A stretch of DNA of 64,000 nt, from assembly GCA_902625325.1 (NCBI GenBank), contig CACOAW010000003.1, forward strand, positions 19,097 to 83,096. The letters run 5' to 3'. The position numbers and the translations under genes are program-made. Numbering within the stretch: position 1 is the stretch's first letter; every line of letters starts with the position of its first letter. The DNA comes from an uncultured Candidatus Poseidoniales archaeon. GTDB taxonomy: Archaea; Thermoplasmatota; Poseidoniia; Poseidoniales; Thalassarchaeaceae. The notes below the pieces were generated by a model, which saw only the letters and a program-made list of their open reading frames with translations, did not search any database and was not told where the DNA came from. Below, piece after piece: positions 25,899 through 35,651 of the stretch.

Positions 25899-27293
25899 AT
25901 GGTTATTAGTCCAGACGGTCGTTATTCTTGGAACGGTAAAAGATGGAAAAATTCCCCTAAGGGAACTATTCAGAAATTCGTCTGGGACGGCAAAAAATGG
26001 GGGCGAGTACCACCCGAAGATGGGGGTACAGTTTTCAGTCCCGATTGCAAAATGATGTGGACAGGAAAAGTGTGGATCCCAGCCCCCCCAGATGGAAATC
26101 AAGAACTCGAAGAAGAAACTACTCAAAATCAACTTAAGTCTATCAATCCTCTAATGGAAAATTTTGGAAATCATGATAAGGAGTTCATCAGACTTTCTCG
26201 CAATGAGTCTTCCTTATCTCTGGTAGCAATAATCTTCACTTTCATAATCACATCTTCATTATTTAACTCACAAATAGTTCAACCAATGCTATTCGATGCG
26301 AGTCTGATTAATCAAGGAAGACATTCGATAACTTTTGATGCATGGAATACAATTTCTGAAGACGATGGGATTTCAATCGTAGCCATTGGTTCTTCAATGA
26401 TTCATTATTCAATTGACGGCATTTGTATTGAGGAAGAAATCTCATCGGATGAGAATTTATTCGTTTACAACCTAGGTGCCCCGGGATCAATGCCATACAT
26501 GGAAATGATTCAAACCGAGGCAGCAATTAGTGCAAATCCCGAACTAATTCTCCTAGAAGTGGGGCCAAACAGCCTATGGGACGTAGAAGAATATGATTTG
26601 AGCGAATTTTTCGAATTAAAATTGACAATCTATTCTTTAACCATGGAGCTCGGTTACGGTGGAGAATGGGAGGAAATTCTTCGTGAATCCGAGAAAAATA
26701 TGTTAGATTATGGAATAAATCAACTTTCTTCAGAATCTAAATTTGCAAATGATGCGGTCGAAGAGTTACTGACAAGGATTCTGCTGAATGAAACATCTGC
26801 ACCCTCCCCTACGAGTTATGCCTCAGTCCCTCATCCAAATAGTAATGGTTGGCAAGACTACCTAAGAACCCCGAAGTGGTTATTTAGTAAGTTGGAGTTA
26901 ATGGACGAAAAAGAAAGATCTGATTGGGAAAACGTTACTGTTGTTAATAAAATAAAATACGGGGTCAACAATCCACTGCATAACGGAACGTTGAATCACG
27001 CTGCACTAGAATACATGGTTTCCAGGTTCTCTGAATCAGGCATTGAGGTTGTTTTAGTTAGCCCCCCCCTTCACCCCCTCTTGATCGCAGAGTTAGAGGA
27101 AGGGCAGTATGATGGACATAATACAACACTCTCTCGATTATCAGAATATGATGGGGTCAGTATCATGAATCTAATCTGGGAGGACTTCTGGTCGGATGAC
27201 GATTTTTATGATCATAACCACTTAGATAGAGATGGAAGAAAGACTTTCTGTCAGGAAGTTGGACCTAGAATATCTGATATTTTGGAGGATTGA
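25899..27293 (+). CDS. membrane-anchored SGNH/DltD/AlgJ-like protein (probable MBOAT partner) with N-terminal WxGKxW repeats
   Basis: Three N-terminal repeats (SPDGRYSWNGKRW, VWDGKKW, SPDCKMMWTGKVW), one TM helix (LSLVAIIFTFIITSSLF), a block-I-like SIVAIGSSM and a block-V-like FYDHNHLDRDGRKTF. Its 3' end overlaps the MBOAT start by 4 nt. Confidence 0.5.
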   Translation: MVISPDGRYSWNGKRWKNSPKGTIQKFVWDGKKWGRVPPEDGGTVFSPDCKMMWTGKVWIPAPPDGNQELEEETTQNQLKSINPLMENFGNHDKEFIRLSRNESSLSLVAIIFTFIITSSLFNSQIVQPMLFDASLINQGRHSITFDAWNTISEDDGISIVAIGSSMIHYSIDGICIEEEISSDENLFVYNLGAPGSMPYMEMIQTEAAISANPELILLEVGPNSLWDVEEYDLSEFFELKLTIYSLTMELGYGGEWEEILRESEKNMLDYGINQLSSESKFANDAVEELLTRILLNETSAPSPTSYASVPHPNSNGWQDYLRTPKWLFSKLELMDEKERSDWENVTVVNKIKYGVNNPLHNGTLNHAALEYMVSRFSESGIEVVLVSPPLHPLLIAELEEGQYDGHNTTLSRLSEYDGVSIMNLIWEDFWSDDDFYDHNHLDRDGRKTFCQEVGPRISDILED

Positions 27294-28750
27294 ATCTGAA
27301 TTTCACGACTCCTGGTTACTACTACTGGTTCCTGCCTCTAGTCATGGCTCTATACTTCTTCGCCCTGAGGGGCAAGAGGGACCAGCGGATCGTACTACTG
27401 GTGGCGATGAGCTATCTATTCTTCTGGATGGCATCTGGGTGGCACTTCCTACTGCTGGCGGTTTCGACTTGCACAGACTGGTTCGCAGGCAGGAGAATTT
27501 CCGATTCCGATGAACAAACGATACGGAAGCGGTGGCTAGGTGGGAGTCTCATCATAAATTTGGGAATCTTGGCCACTTTCAAATATCTTAATTTCATAAT
27601 CGAGTCCCTGAACTTGATTTCTCTTCGACTCCCTTCATCCCCTGAAATCGACACCTTCAGCCTCATACTCCCAGTGGGGATTTCATTCTACACCTTCCAA
27701 ACCATGTCCTACACAATCGACATCTACAGGGGGAAGAGCAAGCCATACGAAAGATTTCATGACTTCGCCTGCTATGCATCCTTCTTCCCTCAACTTGTTG
27801 CGGGTCCGATCGTCAGGTCTCACGAGTTCCTCAATCAGATAGAGAACCCAAAGGAGTTCTCACTTAGCAGAGCGAGGCTGGGTGCGACTCTGATTTTCTA
27901 TGGGCTGTTCAAGAAGATGGTCATAGCAGATAACTTGGCACTGCACGTCAACTCCATTTTCTCAGAGGGCGCGGCTCTAGATAACACTGCCTTGGTCTGG
28001 TGGGGGGCGCTATGCTTCGGTATTCAGATATACTGCGATTTCTCTGGTTACACTGACATTGCTCTTGGCTCCGCCCATATCCTGGGAATAGAGCTACCTG
28101 AGAACTTCAGGACCCCATACGCAGCGACCTCTCCCAGGGACTTCTGGAGGAGGTGGCACATCTCCCTCTCCACGTGGCTCCGTGACTATCTCTACATCCC
28201 CCTTGGAGGTAGTAGGCATGGTTCCCGGGCAATGGTGATAGCACTTATGGCAACAATGCTACTTGGAGGTCTCTGGCACGGCGCATCTTGGAACTTTGTG
28301 CTCTGGGGCTTCCTCCATGGTCTACTACTCCTCGCAAATCGTGCCCTATCCTCGAGTAACACTATCGCATCCTTCTTCAACAGATTTCCTCGGACAATGA
28401 CTACCGCCTCTTGGTTGTGCACCCAATACTTCGTTTTCTTGACTTGGCTGGTTTTCAGGATAGAGGATACTAGCATGCTGGCTAGAAGCATGAAATCTTT
28501 CGTTGGTTGGGATAGCCACTGGGATATCGATGAATTAGTAGGGGCTCTTCCATTCATCAAGATAACCACTGGAGTAATGGTGGCTGGTTTTGCTATTTTT
28601 CACCTATCTAGCGGCTATGTAGGCGGAGGAAAGTACTGGCTAGCAAGAAGGCAACCTCTTGTTTGGGGGATTATTTGCGGAATTATGACATTCCTCTGCA
28701 TAGTTATGAGGCCTTCTGAAACTATCGACTTCATCTATTTCAGATTCTAG
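27290..28750 (+). CDS. MBOAT-family membrane O-acyltransferase (AlgI/DltB-like)
   Basis: GISFYTFQTMSYTIDIYRG, FWRRWHISLSTWLRDYLYIPLGGSR (catalytic His region) and GLWHGASWNFVLWG. Confidence 0.9.
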   Translation: MNLNFTTPGYYYWFLPLVMALYFFALRGKRDQRIVLLVAMSYLFFWMASGWHFLLLAVSTCTDWFAGRRISDSDEQTIRKRWLGGSLIINLGILATFKYLNFIIESLNLISLRLPSSPEIDTFSLILPVGISFYTFQTMSYTIDIYRGKSKPYERFHDFACYASFFPQLVAGPIVRSHEFLNQIENPKEFSLSRARLGATLIFYGLFKKMVIADNLALHVNSIFSEGAALDNTALVWWGALCFGIQIYCDFSGYTDIALGSAHILGIELPENFRTPYAATSPRDFWRRWHISLSTWLRDYLYIPLGGSRHGSRAMVIALMATMLLGGLWHGASWNFVLWGFLHGLLLLANRALSSSNTIASFFNRFPRTMTTASWLCTQYFVFLTWLVFRIEDTSMLARSMKSFVGWDSHWDIDELVGALPFIKITTGVMVAGFAIFHLSSGYVGGGKYWLARRQPLVWGIICGIMTFLCIVMRPSETIDFIYFRF

Positions 28751-29636
28751 CTAACCTGTCAATTAGCCATTCATAAAGTTCTGATGAAGTATCTTCTCTT
28801 CGCAAACCATGATCAATCTGAGACTTTAGCCACGACATCGGATCTCCGCTGTCATACATTCTCATCTGTTCAAGATTTACCGCATTAATGCCAACATTTT
28901 CAATCAGATAATTTAGTACGTAAATCGACTGCATCTCTCCGAATTCCGAAAGTGGGAATTTCTCTAAGATAGATGAAGTATTCTCTGGAAATATATACCT
29001 CCCGCAAAGAACCATATCACTCTTCGCATCATCAGGTGATGGCTTCTCTGTGATACTGGAGACCATACGATCGAGGACCTCCACTACGCCGTAATTACTA
29101 ACCTCATCCTTCTCAACTCGACACACTCCTACGCAAGGTAAACCATTATTTTGGTGTGCAATAACAAGTTTTCTGGAAGCGTCGGATGCATAATCTGGTC
29201 CCGATTTACTCGGTGCAAAATTGTCCTCCATGACAAGCATGTCTCCCAAGAGGACAAGGAAAGGGCCATTTACATGATCATTGGTCACAGAAATAGCATC
29301 TGCAACCCCTCCTGCCGCAACCTGGATATGGGGAATGACCTCAATTCCTTTAGTACCGAGTCTCAGAGAATCTCTAGGTAAATCAGATCTGACTCCATCG
29401 AAATTAATTGGTTCGCCTCCTAGGAATCCATCAAGAATTTCCCTTTTCCTCTCTGATAGAACTAGATGGACTCTGGTTACGCCAGCTTTTTCTGCTTCCC
29501 ATACAAGATGGTTCAATATCGGCGTATCAATGAGTGGCAATGCTTCTTTCGGCGAATATAGGCTTGCAGGTAGCATCCTAGTTCCTAAACCACCAGCAAG
29601 AATTACCGCGTCTCGTACCATGCCGTGCTCTGCCAT
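28740..29636 (-). CDS. sugar-1-phosphate nucleotidylyltransferase (GalU / GlmU-N-terminal-like)
   Basis: AVILAGGLGTRMLPASLYSPKEALPLIDTPILNHLV is the NTP_transferase signature. Confidence 0.8.
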   Translation of the reverse strand: MAEHGMVRDAVILAGGLGTRMLPASLYSPKEALPLIDTPILNHLVWEAEKAGVTRVHLVLSERKREILDGFLGGEPINFDGVRSDLPRDSLRLGTKGIEVIPHIQVAAGGVADAISVTNDHVNGPFLVLLGDMLVMEDNFAPSKSGPDYASDASRKLVIAHQNNGLPCVGVCRVEKDEVSNYGVVEVLDRMVSSITEKPSPDDAKSDMVLCGRYIFPENTSSILEKFPLSEFGEMQSIYVLNYLIENVGINAVNLEQMRMYDSGDPMSWLKSQIDHGLRREDTSSELYEWLIDRLARI

Positions 29637-29724
29637 GATGTGTTAGTATTCAAGCAAACGGAATAAAATAATTCAATCATTCATCATCTATTACAATGAA
29701 AAGCCCACCTCATTACGGGACATT

Positions 29725-30414
29725 ATGTACAAGGTCACTATTGTTGTACCAGTAAAGGATGAAGAGGTCGGTCTGAAGTACTTAATTGGTGATTTCGAAA
29801 ACTCGTTAATCAAAGAAGAATATGAAGTAACGCTAATTTTTGTAATTGATGAGAGGACAAGTGACGACTCGCGTCTTTTTGCAACCAGACTCTCCAATCA
29901 TATTATTGATCAGTGTGGATCACATGGGAAGGGAGATGCAATAAAAAGAGCAATTAGTTATTTAGAAAATTTTGAAACACATTTTGTCATATTCTTGGAT
30001 GCAGACGGCTCTTACTCTTTCAATGCAGTGAAACATGTAGTTAATTCTCTAATTCAAGGAGCGGATGTTGTCTCTGGATCACGTTTTCTAAGCTCATCAG
30101 GAAGGCCGAAAGGGATGAGTTTGATGCACACTTTTGGAAATCACCTTTTATCTAAGATTGCTAGTATAAAGAACCGTAGGAAAATTTCAGATCTTTGCAC
30201 TGGTCTTTGGGGATTCAAATATGAACCAATTATGTCCATGGACATTAAATCCAGTGGATTTGATTTGGAGGCGGAGTTGGCCGGCTTGGCAAGAAAGAGA
30301 AATCTAAGGCATGTCGAGGTACCTGTAGAATGGAGTCAGAGAAAGGGAGGGAGCAGTAAACTAAGATCAATCCGTGATGGTGCAATAATACTTAGGAGAA
30401 TAATTAGTACCTAA
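29725..30414 (+). CDS. GT2 glycosyltransferase (dolichyl/polyprenyl-phosphate sugar synthase-like)
   Basis: VTIVVPVKDEE, FLDADGSY (DxD), VVSGSRF, DLCTGLWGF. Soluble 229-aa Dpm1/AglK-like size. Confidence 0.75.
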   Translation: MYKVTIVVPVKDEEVGLKYLIGDFENSLIKEEYEVTLIFVIDERTSDDSRLFATRLSNHIIDQCGSHGKGDAIKRAISYLENFETHFVIFLDADGSYSFNAVKHVVNSLIQGADVVSGSRFLSSSGRPKGMSLMHTFGNHLLSKIASIKNRRKISDLCTGLWGFKYEPIMSMDIKSSGFDLEAELAGLARKRNLRHVEVPVEWSQRKGGSSKLRSIRDGAIILRRIIST

Positions 30415-30415
30415 G

Positions 30416-31204
30416 CTATACCCAACCAGAAACCGTTTGATTCGGCCTAATCATCGTACCTGGACATATAATTGCTCCTGGATTAGAAACTACATTGCAC
30501 CCAATTCGACTACCGTCACCAACTAAAGCCCCAAGCTTCTTCATGCCACTATCAATGCGTATACCTTCCAGTATCAATGGAATATTCCCTCTATCATTTC
30601 TGACGTTGGATAGTTTTGCCCCTGCTCCAAGGTTGACATTATATCCTAAAATAGAATCTCCAACATAGTTGAAGTGTGGTGCCTTAGCGTTCGGCAATAA
30701 TATCGAGTTCTTAATTTCCGTAGAATGGCCTACCAAAGCACCACTACAAATCCAAGAACCCTTTCTGAGGTATGCCGAATGGCGAATTTCAGAATCTTCC
30801 CCTACAAAACAAGGTCCTTCAAACACCACTCCCTCTCCAATCTTCGCCGTTGGATGTATGAAAACCCCGTCCATTTCTCCAGAAAGGCTGTAAATCTGCG
30901 ACTGCAAGCCACCCTCTTCTGTTGTCAGGATTTCCCATGGATTAAGGAATCCGTCCCAATCTGGAACAATCGATGAAGAATCATTAGAAAACCCGGGAAA
31001 CAATCGCAACAGTAACTCCATAGCCATTCCCTTTGAGATTAACAAATAACTGTTTTCTGATAATTTACTTATAACATCATTTACTCGTAATATGGCCAAT
31101 TCTGGGTAGGGATATCGAATTGGGTCGTTTTCAAATACTCCCTCCATTGCCCGTTTACTAATGTGCGGCATTTTTGGTTGCATATCGAATGATGCTGCCA
31201 GCAT
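30416..31204 (-). CDS. left-handed beta-helix (hexapeptide-repeat) acyltransferase, GlmU C-terminal-domain-like
   Basis: Hexapeptide runs IHPTAKIGEGVVFEGPCFVGEDSEI...VGHSTEIKNSILL...VGDSILGYNVNLGAGAKL...VGDGSRIGCNVV. The start is uncertain: 31204 overlaps glmS, and ATG 31147 would not. Confidence 0.7.
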   Translation of the reverse strand: MLAASFDMQPKMPHISKRAMEGVFENDPIRYPYPELAILRVNDVISKLSENSYLLISKGMAMELLLRLFPGFSNDSSSIVPDWDGFLNPWEILTTEEGGLQSQIYSLSGEMDGVFIHPTAKIGEGVVFEGPCFVGEDSEIRHSAYLRKGSWICSGALVGHSTEIKNSILLPNAKAPHFNYVGDSILGYNVNLGAGAKLSNVRNDRGNIPLILEGIRIDSGMKKLGALVGDGSRIGCNVVSNPGAIICPGTMIRPNQTVSGWV

Positions 31205-32981
31205 AGTTCTCGAAGGACTCCGAAAATTAGAGTATCGGGGGTATGACTCAGCAGGATTGGCGGCTATTTTTTCAGATGAAAATACATTTATAGAAACAGA
31301 AAGAACTACCGGTTATGTCTCCGACTTGGTCTCTAAGGCAAATGGTCGATTCAGAGATGCTATAATTTCCATTGGACATACTAGATGGGCCACCCATGGC
31401 GGTGTCACCGATGAAAATGCACATCCCCACTCAAGCAACGATGGAAATATTACTATCGCTCATAATGGCATCATTGAAAACGCCTCTGAACTACTTTCAA
31501 GAGTCAAAAACCTTGGTTATGAAATCAAATCAGAGACAGATTCCGAGGTCATCGTCCATTTATTCGATCATGAGTTAAGGACTCAACCACCAACAAAAAC
31601 CCCACTTGACGCGTTTCGTAGGACTATCGAGATGCTAGAGGGATCTTGGGCCTTAGCTGTGATGATTGCGGGAGTGGATGGTATCCTAGTCGCTAGAAAC
31701 GGAGCGCCATTAATAGTTGGCCGGGGAATTGGGAAGATTTGCGTTTCATCGGATATACAACCATTCTATGGGACATGCTCAGAAATCGCATTCCTCAATG
31801 ACGGCGATATCCTCATGCTAACTAGCGAAGGAGCGATTTGGACGGACCACAGTCAATTAGTTTTTGAGACATTAGAGGGGACATATGTCGAGGAAGACCG
31901 CGGAAATTTCCCACACCTAATGTTGAAGGAAATTCACGATCAGCCAATTTCGATGTCAAATGTACTTGGAGGGCGAATTTCAGCAGATGGATTGAATGCA
32001 CAGCTGGGTGGCATGAGTTTAAATCCAGCTCAAATAAGGAAATTAGACAGAATTAATATCGTAGCCTGTGGATCCGCATTTTATGCTTCTTTGATTGGTA
32101 CTGATTATCTCAGAAAGTACACGAATCTGACCGTCGAAGCATTCAGAGCTAGTGAATTTCCAGCAAGTAGAGTATGCAGCAAAAAAACTCTCACCATAGG
32201 TGTCAGTCAGTCAGGAGAGACGAAAGACACCTTAGACGCCCTTATTGAAGCAAGAAGGTATGGAAGCCACATTTCCTCATTTTGTAACATAATAGGGTCA
32301 ACAATGGCACGTCTAACTGGAAACGGTGCTTACCTGTATGCAGGCCCGGAGTTTGCAGTGGCTTCGACTAAGGCATTCACAAATATGGTGGCTGTTTTCG
32401 CTCTATTTGCAATTACAGTCTCTGAAATAAATCCTGCAGAGAAAAAGGAGTTAGTTTCAGAACTAAGGCGTTTACCAAATAAGATATCCACTCAACTACT
32501 TGATGACGATGGCTCTATCGGCAGAGCAGTAGATTTTCTCTCTTCCTCGAACTCAGCGATTTTTATAGGAAGAGGGCTCTCTTCTCATCTAACCGAAGAA
32601 GGTGCTCTGAAGATGATGGAGGTGGCATATCTCCCCTGTCTCTCATATCCTGGTGGAGAACTGAAGCACGGACCAATTGCACTAATTGAGGATGGTACGC
32701 CAGTTGTCGCCATTGCTCCCAGTGACTCGACTGCAACTTTGATGGAATCAAGTATCAGGGAGTGCAAGTCTAGGGGTGCAAATGTAATCCTCATTACAGA
32801 TATTGAGGGGCCGATTTGTAGTTTTGCTGATATTGTAATTCCAGTTTCACAGACACATCCTGATTTAACCCCTATCTTGAATTCAATACCTCTACAGATT
32901 TTGGCATACAAGTTGGGAGTTGCCAAAGGTGCTAATGTAGATAGGCCGAGAAACCTTGCTAAATCCGTCACAGTAGTGTAA
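31161..32981 (+). CDS. glmS: glutamine--fructose-6-phosphate aminotransferase
   Basis: MCGIFG N-terminal nucleophile, GHTRWATHG, two SIS domains (GVSQSGETKDT), C-terminal KSVTVV. Confidence 0.95.
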   Translation: MCGIFGCISNDAASIVLEGLRKLEYRGYDSAGLAAIFSDENTFIETERTTGYVSDLVSKANGRFRDAIISIGHTRWATHGGVTDENAHPHSSNDGNITIAHNGIIENASELLSRVKNLGYEIKSETDSEVIVHLFDHELRTQPPTKTPLDAFRRTIEMLEGSWALAVMIAGVDGILVARNGAPLIVGRGIGKICVSSDIQPFYGTCSEIAFLNDGDILMLTSEGAIWTDHSQLVFETLEGTYVEEDRGNFPHLMLKEIHDQPISMSNVLGGRISADGLNAQLGGMSLNPAQIRKLDRINIVACGSAFYASLIGTDYLRKYTNLTVEAFRASEFPASRVCSKKTLTIGVSQSGETKDTLDALIEARRYGSHISSFCNIIGSTMARLTGNGAYLYAGPEFAVASTKAFTNMVAVFALFAITVSEINPAEKKELVSELRRLPNKISTQLLDDDGSIGRAVDFLSSSNSAIFIGRGLSSHLTEEGALKMMEVAYLPCLSYPGGELKHGPIALIEDGTPVVAIAPSDSTATLMESSIRECKSRGANVILITDIEGPICSFADIVIPVSQTHPDLTPILNSIPLQILAYKLGVAKGANVDRPRNLAKSVTVV

Positions 32982-33011
32982 CATTATATCCCCCAACTAC
33001 TGCCTAAGCAC

Positions 33012-34124
33012 ATGAAGAAGGCTCTAATTACCGGCATAACCGGACAAGATGGCTCATATTTGGCAGAATTTCTTCTTGAAAAGGGATATGAAGTACACGG
33101 AATTAAGAGACGATCTTCTTCATTCAATACCTCACGAATTGATCACATATACCAAGACCCACACATAGATGGCAGAAAACTTATCCTTCACTATGGAGAC
33201 TTGACAGACTCATCCAACATCACAGGCATTATGAACCAGATTAAACCAGATGAAATCTATAATTTGGCAGCCCAAAGCCATGTCGCTGTGAGCTTTCTCA
33301 CACCTGAATACACCGCAGATGTCGGTGCTTTAGGGACGTTGCGAATTCTTGAAGCAATCCGATTACTAGGTCTGGAAGAAAAAACCAGATTCTATCAAGC
33401 ATCTACTTCCGAACTGTACGGTCTTGTTCAAGAAACGCCCCAAACCGAACAAACTCCATTCTACCCACGTAGTCCTTACGCCGTTTCAAAACTATTTTCG
33501 TACTGGATGGTTATAAATTACCGTGAAGCATACAATATATTCGCTTGCAATGGGATACTATTCAATCACGAATCTCCAAGAAGAGGGGAGACTTTTGTAA
33601 CACGCAAGATCACACGGGCACTATCGAACATCTCATTGGGGATAGAGGACTGCCTATACTTAGGGAACTTGGACGCAAAAAGAGATTGGGGGCATGCGAA
33701 GGACTACGTTCGAATGCAGTGGTTGATGCTTCAACAAAAGGATCCAGAGGATTATGTTATAGCAACTGGGAAACATCATACTGTAAGAGAATTTATACAA
33801 CTTGCCGCCAATGAATTAGGAATTGAACTCGAATTCAGCGGCCAGGGAGTAGAAGAGGTCGGCACCGTTTCAAATATTTTGCAAGATTCCCCTGCATCAT
33901 TAGAGATTGGAGAAACGATTATCCGTGTAGATCCTAGGTATTTTAGACCAACAGAAGTAGAAGATCTGTTGGGTGACCCTTCCAAAGCGATGGAAAATCT
34001 AGGCTGGTCTCCCGAAATTTCAATTCAAGAGTTGTGCTCGGAAATGGTCAGAAACGACCTAAAGCTAGCAAAGAAATCTAAACTTTTATTGAAACACGGA
34101 CATGATGTTGATATTTCACGGTGA
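33012..34124 (+). CDS. gmd: GDP-mannose 4,6-dehydratase
   Basis: [64 protein letters not shown]. Confidence 0.95.
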   Translation: MKKALITGITGQDGSYLAEFLLEKGYEVHGIKRRSSSFNTSRIDHIYQDPHIDGRKLILHYGDLTDSSNITGIMNQIKPDEIYNLAAQSHVAVSFLTPEYTADVGALGTLRILEAIRLLGLEEKTRFYQASTSELYGLVQETPQTEQTPFYPRSPYAVSKLFSYWMVINYREAYNIFACNGILFNHESPRRGETFVTRKITRALSNISLGIEDCLYLGNLDAKRDWGHAKDYVRMQWLMLQQKDPEDYVIATGKHHTVREFIQLAANELGIELEFSGQGVEEVGTVSNILQDSPASLEIGETIIRVDPRYFRPTEVEDLLGDPSKAMENLGWSPEISIQELCSEMVRNDLKLAKKSKLLLKHGHDVDISR

Positions 34125-34130
34125 GGTCAA

Positions 34131-35108
34131 TTGGGCGTTGTTAATAAGAAAATATTTGTCGCTGGCCATAATGGAATGGTCGGCTCTGCCATAATCAGAA
34201 AACTAAACTCAATCGGAAATTGCAATATTATAACCGCGGAAAGAAAAGATTTAGATCTTACAAATCAGCTTTCTGTTAATACATTCTTCAAAGAAAACCC
34301 AATTGATGTGGTGATTTTGGCCGCTGCGAAGGTTGGAGGAATCCATGCAAACAACACTAAGCCTGCTGACTTTATCTATGAAAATTTGATGATAGAAGCT
34401 AACATTATTTTCGCGTCGTATCAAAATAGAATCAATGACGTTCTTTTCCTGGGCTCATCGTGCATATACCCAAAGAATACTCAACAACCAATGTCCGAGG
34501 AATCCCTTCTTTCTGGATTCCTAGAGCCAACAAATGAGCCATATGCTATTGCAAAAATCGCTGGAATAAAGCTGTGTGAGAGTTTCAATCGACAATTTTC
34601 TACAAACTATAGGTCTCTAATGCCAACCAATCTGTATGGTCCAAATGATAATTTTCACCCGATGGATTCTCACGTAGTCCCGGCTCTAATTGGGAAATTT
34701 CACAATGCAACTAAAAAAGGCGAGAAAGAAGTGATTGTCTGGGGGTCAGGAAGGCCCAGAAGGGAATTTTTGCACGTTGACGACCTTGCCTCTGCATCCA
34801 TCTTCTTTCTCAGCCTTTCAGATTTAGAAATCGCAAATCATACAACACCGATGAACTCACACGTAAATGTGGGAACTGGCAAAGATTACTCAATTTCTGA
34901 GTTGGCGGAGATTATCGCTAATTCCACTGGATTTGAAGGTAACATTATTTTCGATACAGAAATGCCAGATGGTACCCTCAGAAAACTTCTAGACGTTACA
35001 AAAATGAAAGATCTGGGTTGGTCTTACTCAATACCTTTGGATGAAGGGATCGATGAAACTTATTCTTGGTTTAAGCAAAATATTAGCAAATTGAGGGGAT
35101 TCAATTGA
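34131..35108 (+). CDS. fcl: GDP-L-fucose synthase (GDP-4-keto-6-deoxymannose 3,5-epimerase/4-reductase)
   Basis: KIFVAGHNGMVGSAI, LAAAKVGGIHANN, GSSCIYPK, PYAIAKIAG, NLYGPNDNF. TTG start. Confidence 0.9.
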   Translation: MGVVNKKIFVAGHNGMVGSAIIRKLNSIGNCNIITAERKDLDLTNQLSVNTFFKENPIDVVILAAAKVGGIHANNTKPADFIYENLMIEANIIFASYQNRINDVLFLGSSCIYPKNTQQPMSEESLLSGFLEPTNEPYAIAKIAGIKLCESFNRQFSTNYRSLMPTNLYGPNDNFHPMDSHVVPALIGKFHNATKKGEKEVIVWGSGRPRREFLHVDDLASASIFFLSLSDLEIANHTTPMNSHVNVGTGKDYSISELAEIIANSTGFEGNIIFDTEMPDGTLRKLLDVTKMKDLGWSYSIPLDEGIDETYSWFKQNISKLRGFN

Positions 35109-35584
35109 ATAAGGATGGTTATCTTGACGATCAAACCTTCAAAATAGTCGTGGAAAACGCGCCACTTGTTTCTATAGATCTCGTCATAGTCAATACATCC
35201 GACGAATTCCTCTTTGGAAAGAGAAGTAACAGACCAGCCAAGGATTCACTGTTTTTCCCAGGAGGACGTATTCAAAAGGGGGAGAAAATAAAAACAGCCA
35301 TAGAGAGGATAATGTATGATGAATTAGGTAGTAAGTCTGTGGACAACCCAGTCTTTATTGGCTATTCTGAGCATCATTACAGGGACGGCATATTTCACGA
35401 TAATGATGGATTTATTGAAACTCACTACATATCACTGGGATTTCTAATAAAAAATCACGACTGTAGGACAATCCAGAATTCTTCCACCCAACACTCTGAA
35501 ATATTGTGGATGAAAAAACCCGATGCCCTTCTTCATACTGAGGTTCATGAATACTGTAAAGACTATCTAAATACCGTGATTTAA
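35105..35584 (+). CDS. gmm: GDP-mannose mannosyl hydrolase (Nudix, WcaH/Gmm-like)
   Basis: PLVSIDLVIVN...LFGKRSNRPAKDSLFFPGGRIQKGEKIKTAIERIMYDELG (Nudix box). The TTG start overlaps the fcl stop (TTGA). Confidence 0.8.
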   Translation: MNKDGYLDDQTFKIVVENAPLVSIDLVIVNTSDEFLFGKRSNRPAKDSLFFPGGRIQKGEKIKTAIERIMYDELGSKSVDNPVFIGYSEHHYRDGIFHDNDGFIETHYISLGFLIKNHDCRTIQNSSTQHSEILWMKKPDALLHTEVHEYCKDYLNTVI

Positions 35585-35623
35585 CTTTGAGCGGGATTTT
35601 TGTCTTTACACCCCCCTAAACAA

Positions 35624-35629
35624 TTTATA
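35624..35629 (+). promoter_or_regulatory. candidate TATA box (TTTATA) upstream of the 61-aa gene
   Basis: Lies 23-28 nt upstream of ATG 35652, which is leaderless-type spacing. Confidence 0.3.
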
Positions 35630-35651
35630 CTCCTTACTTTTCCAAGAAACT

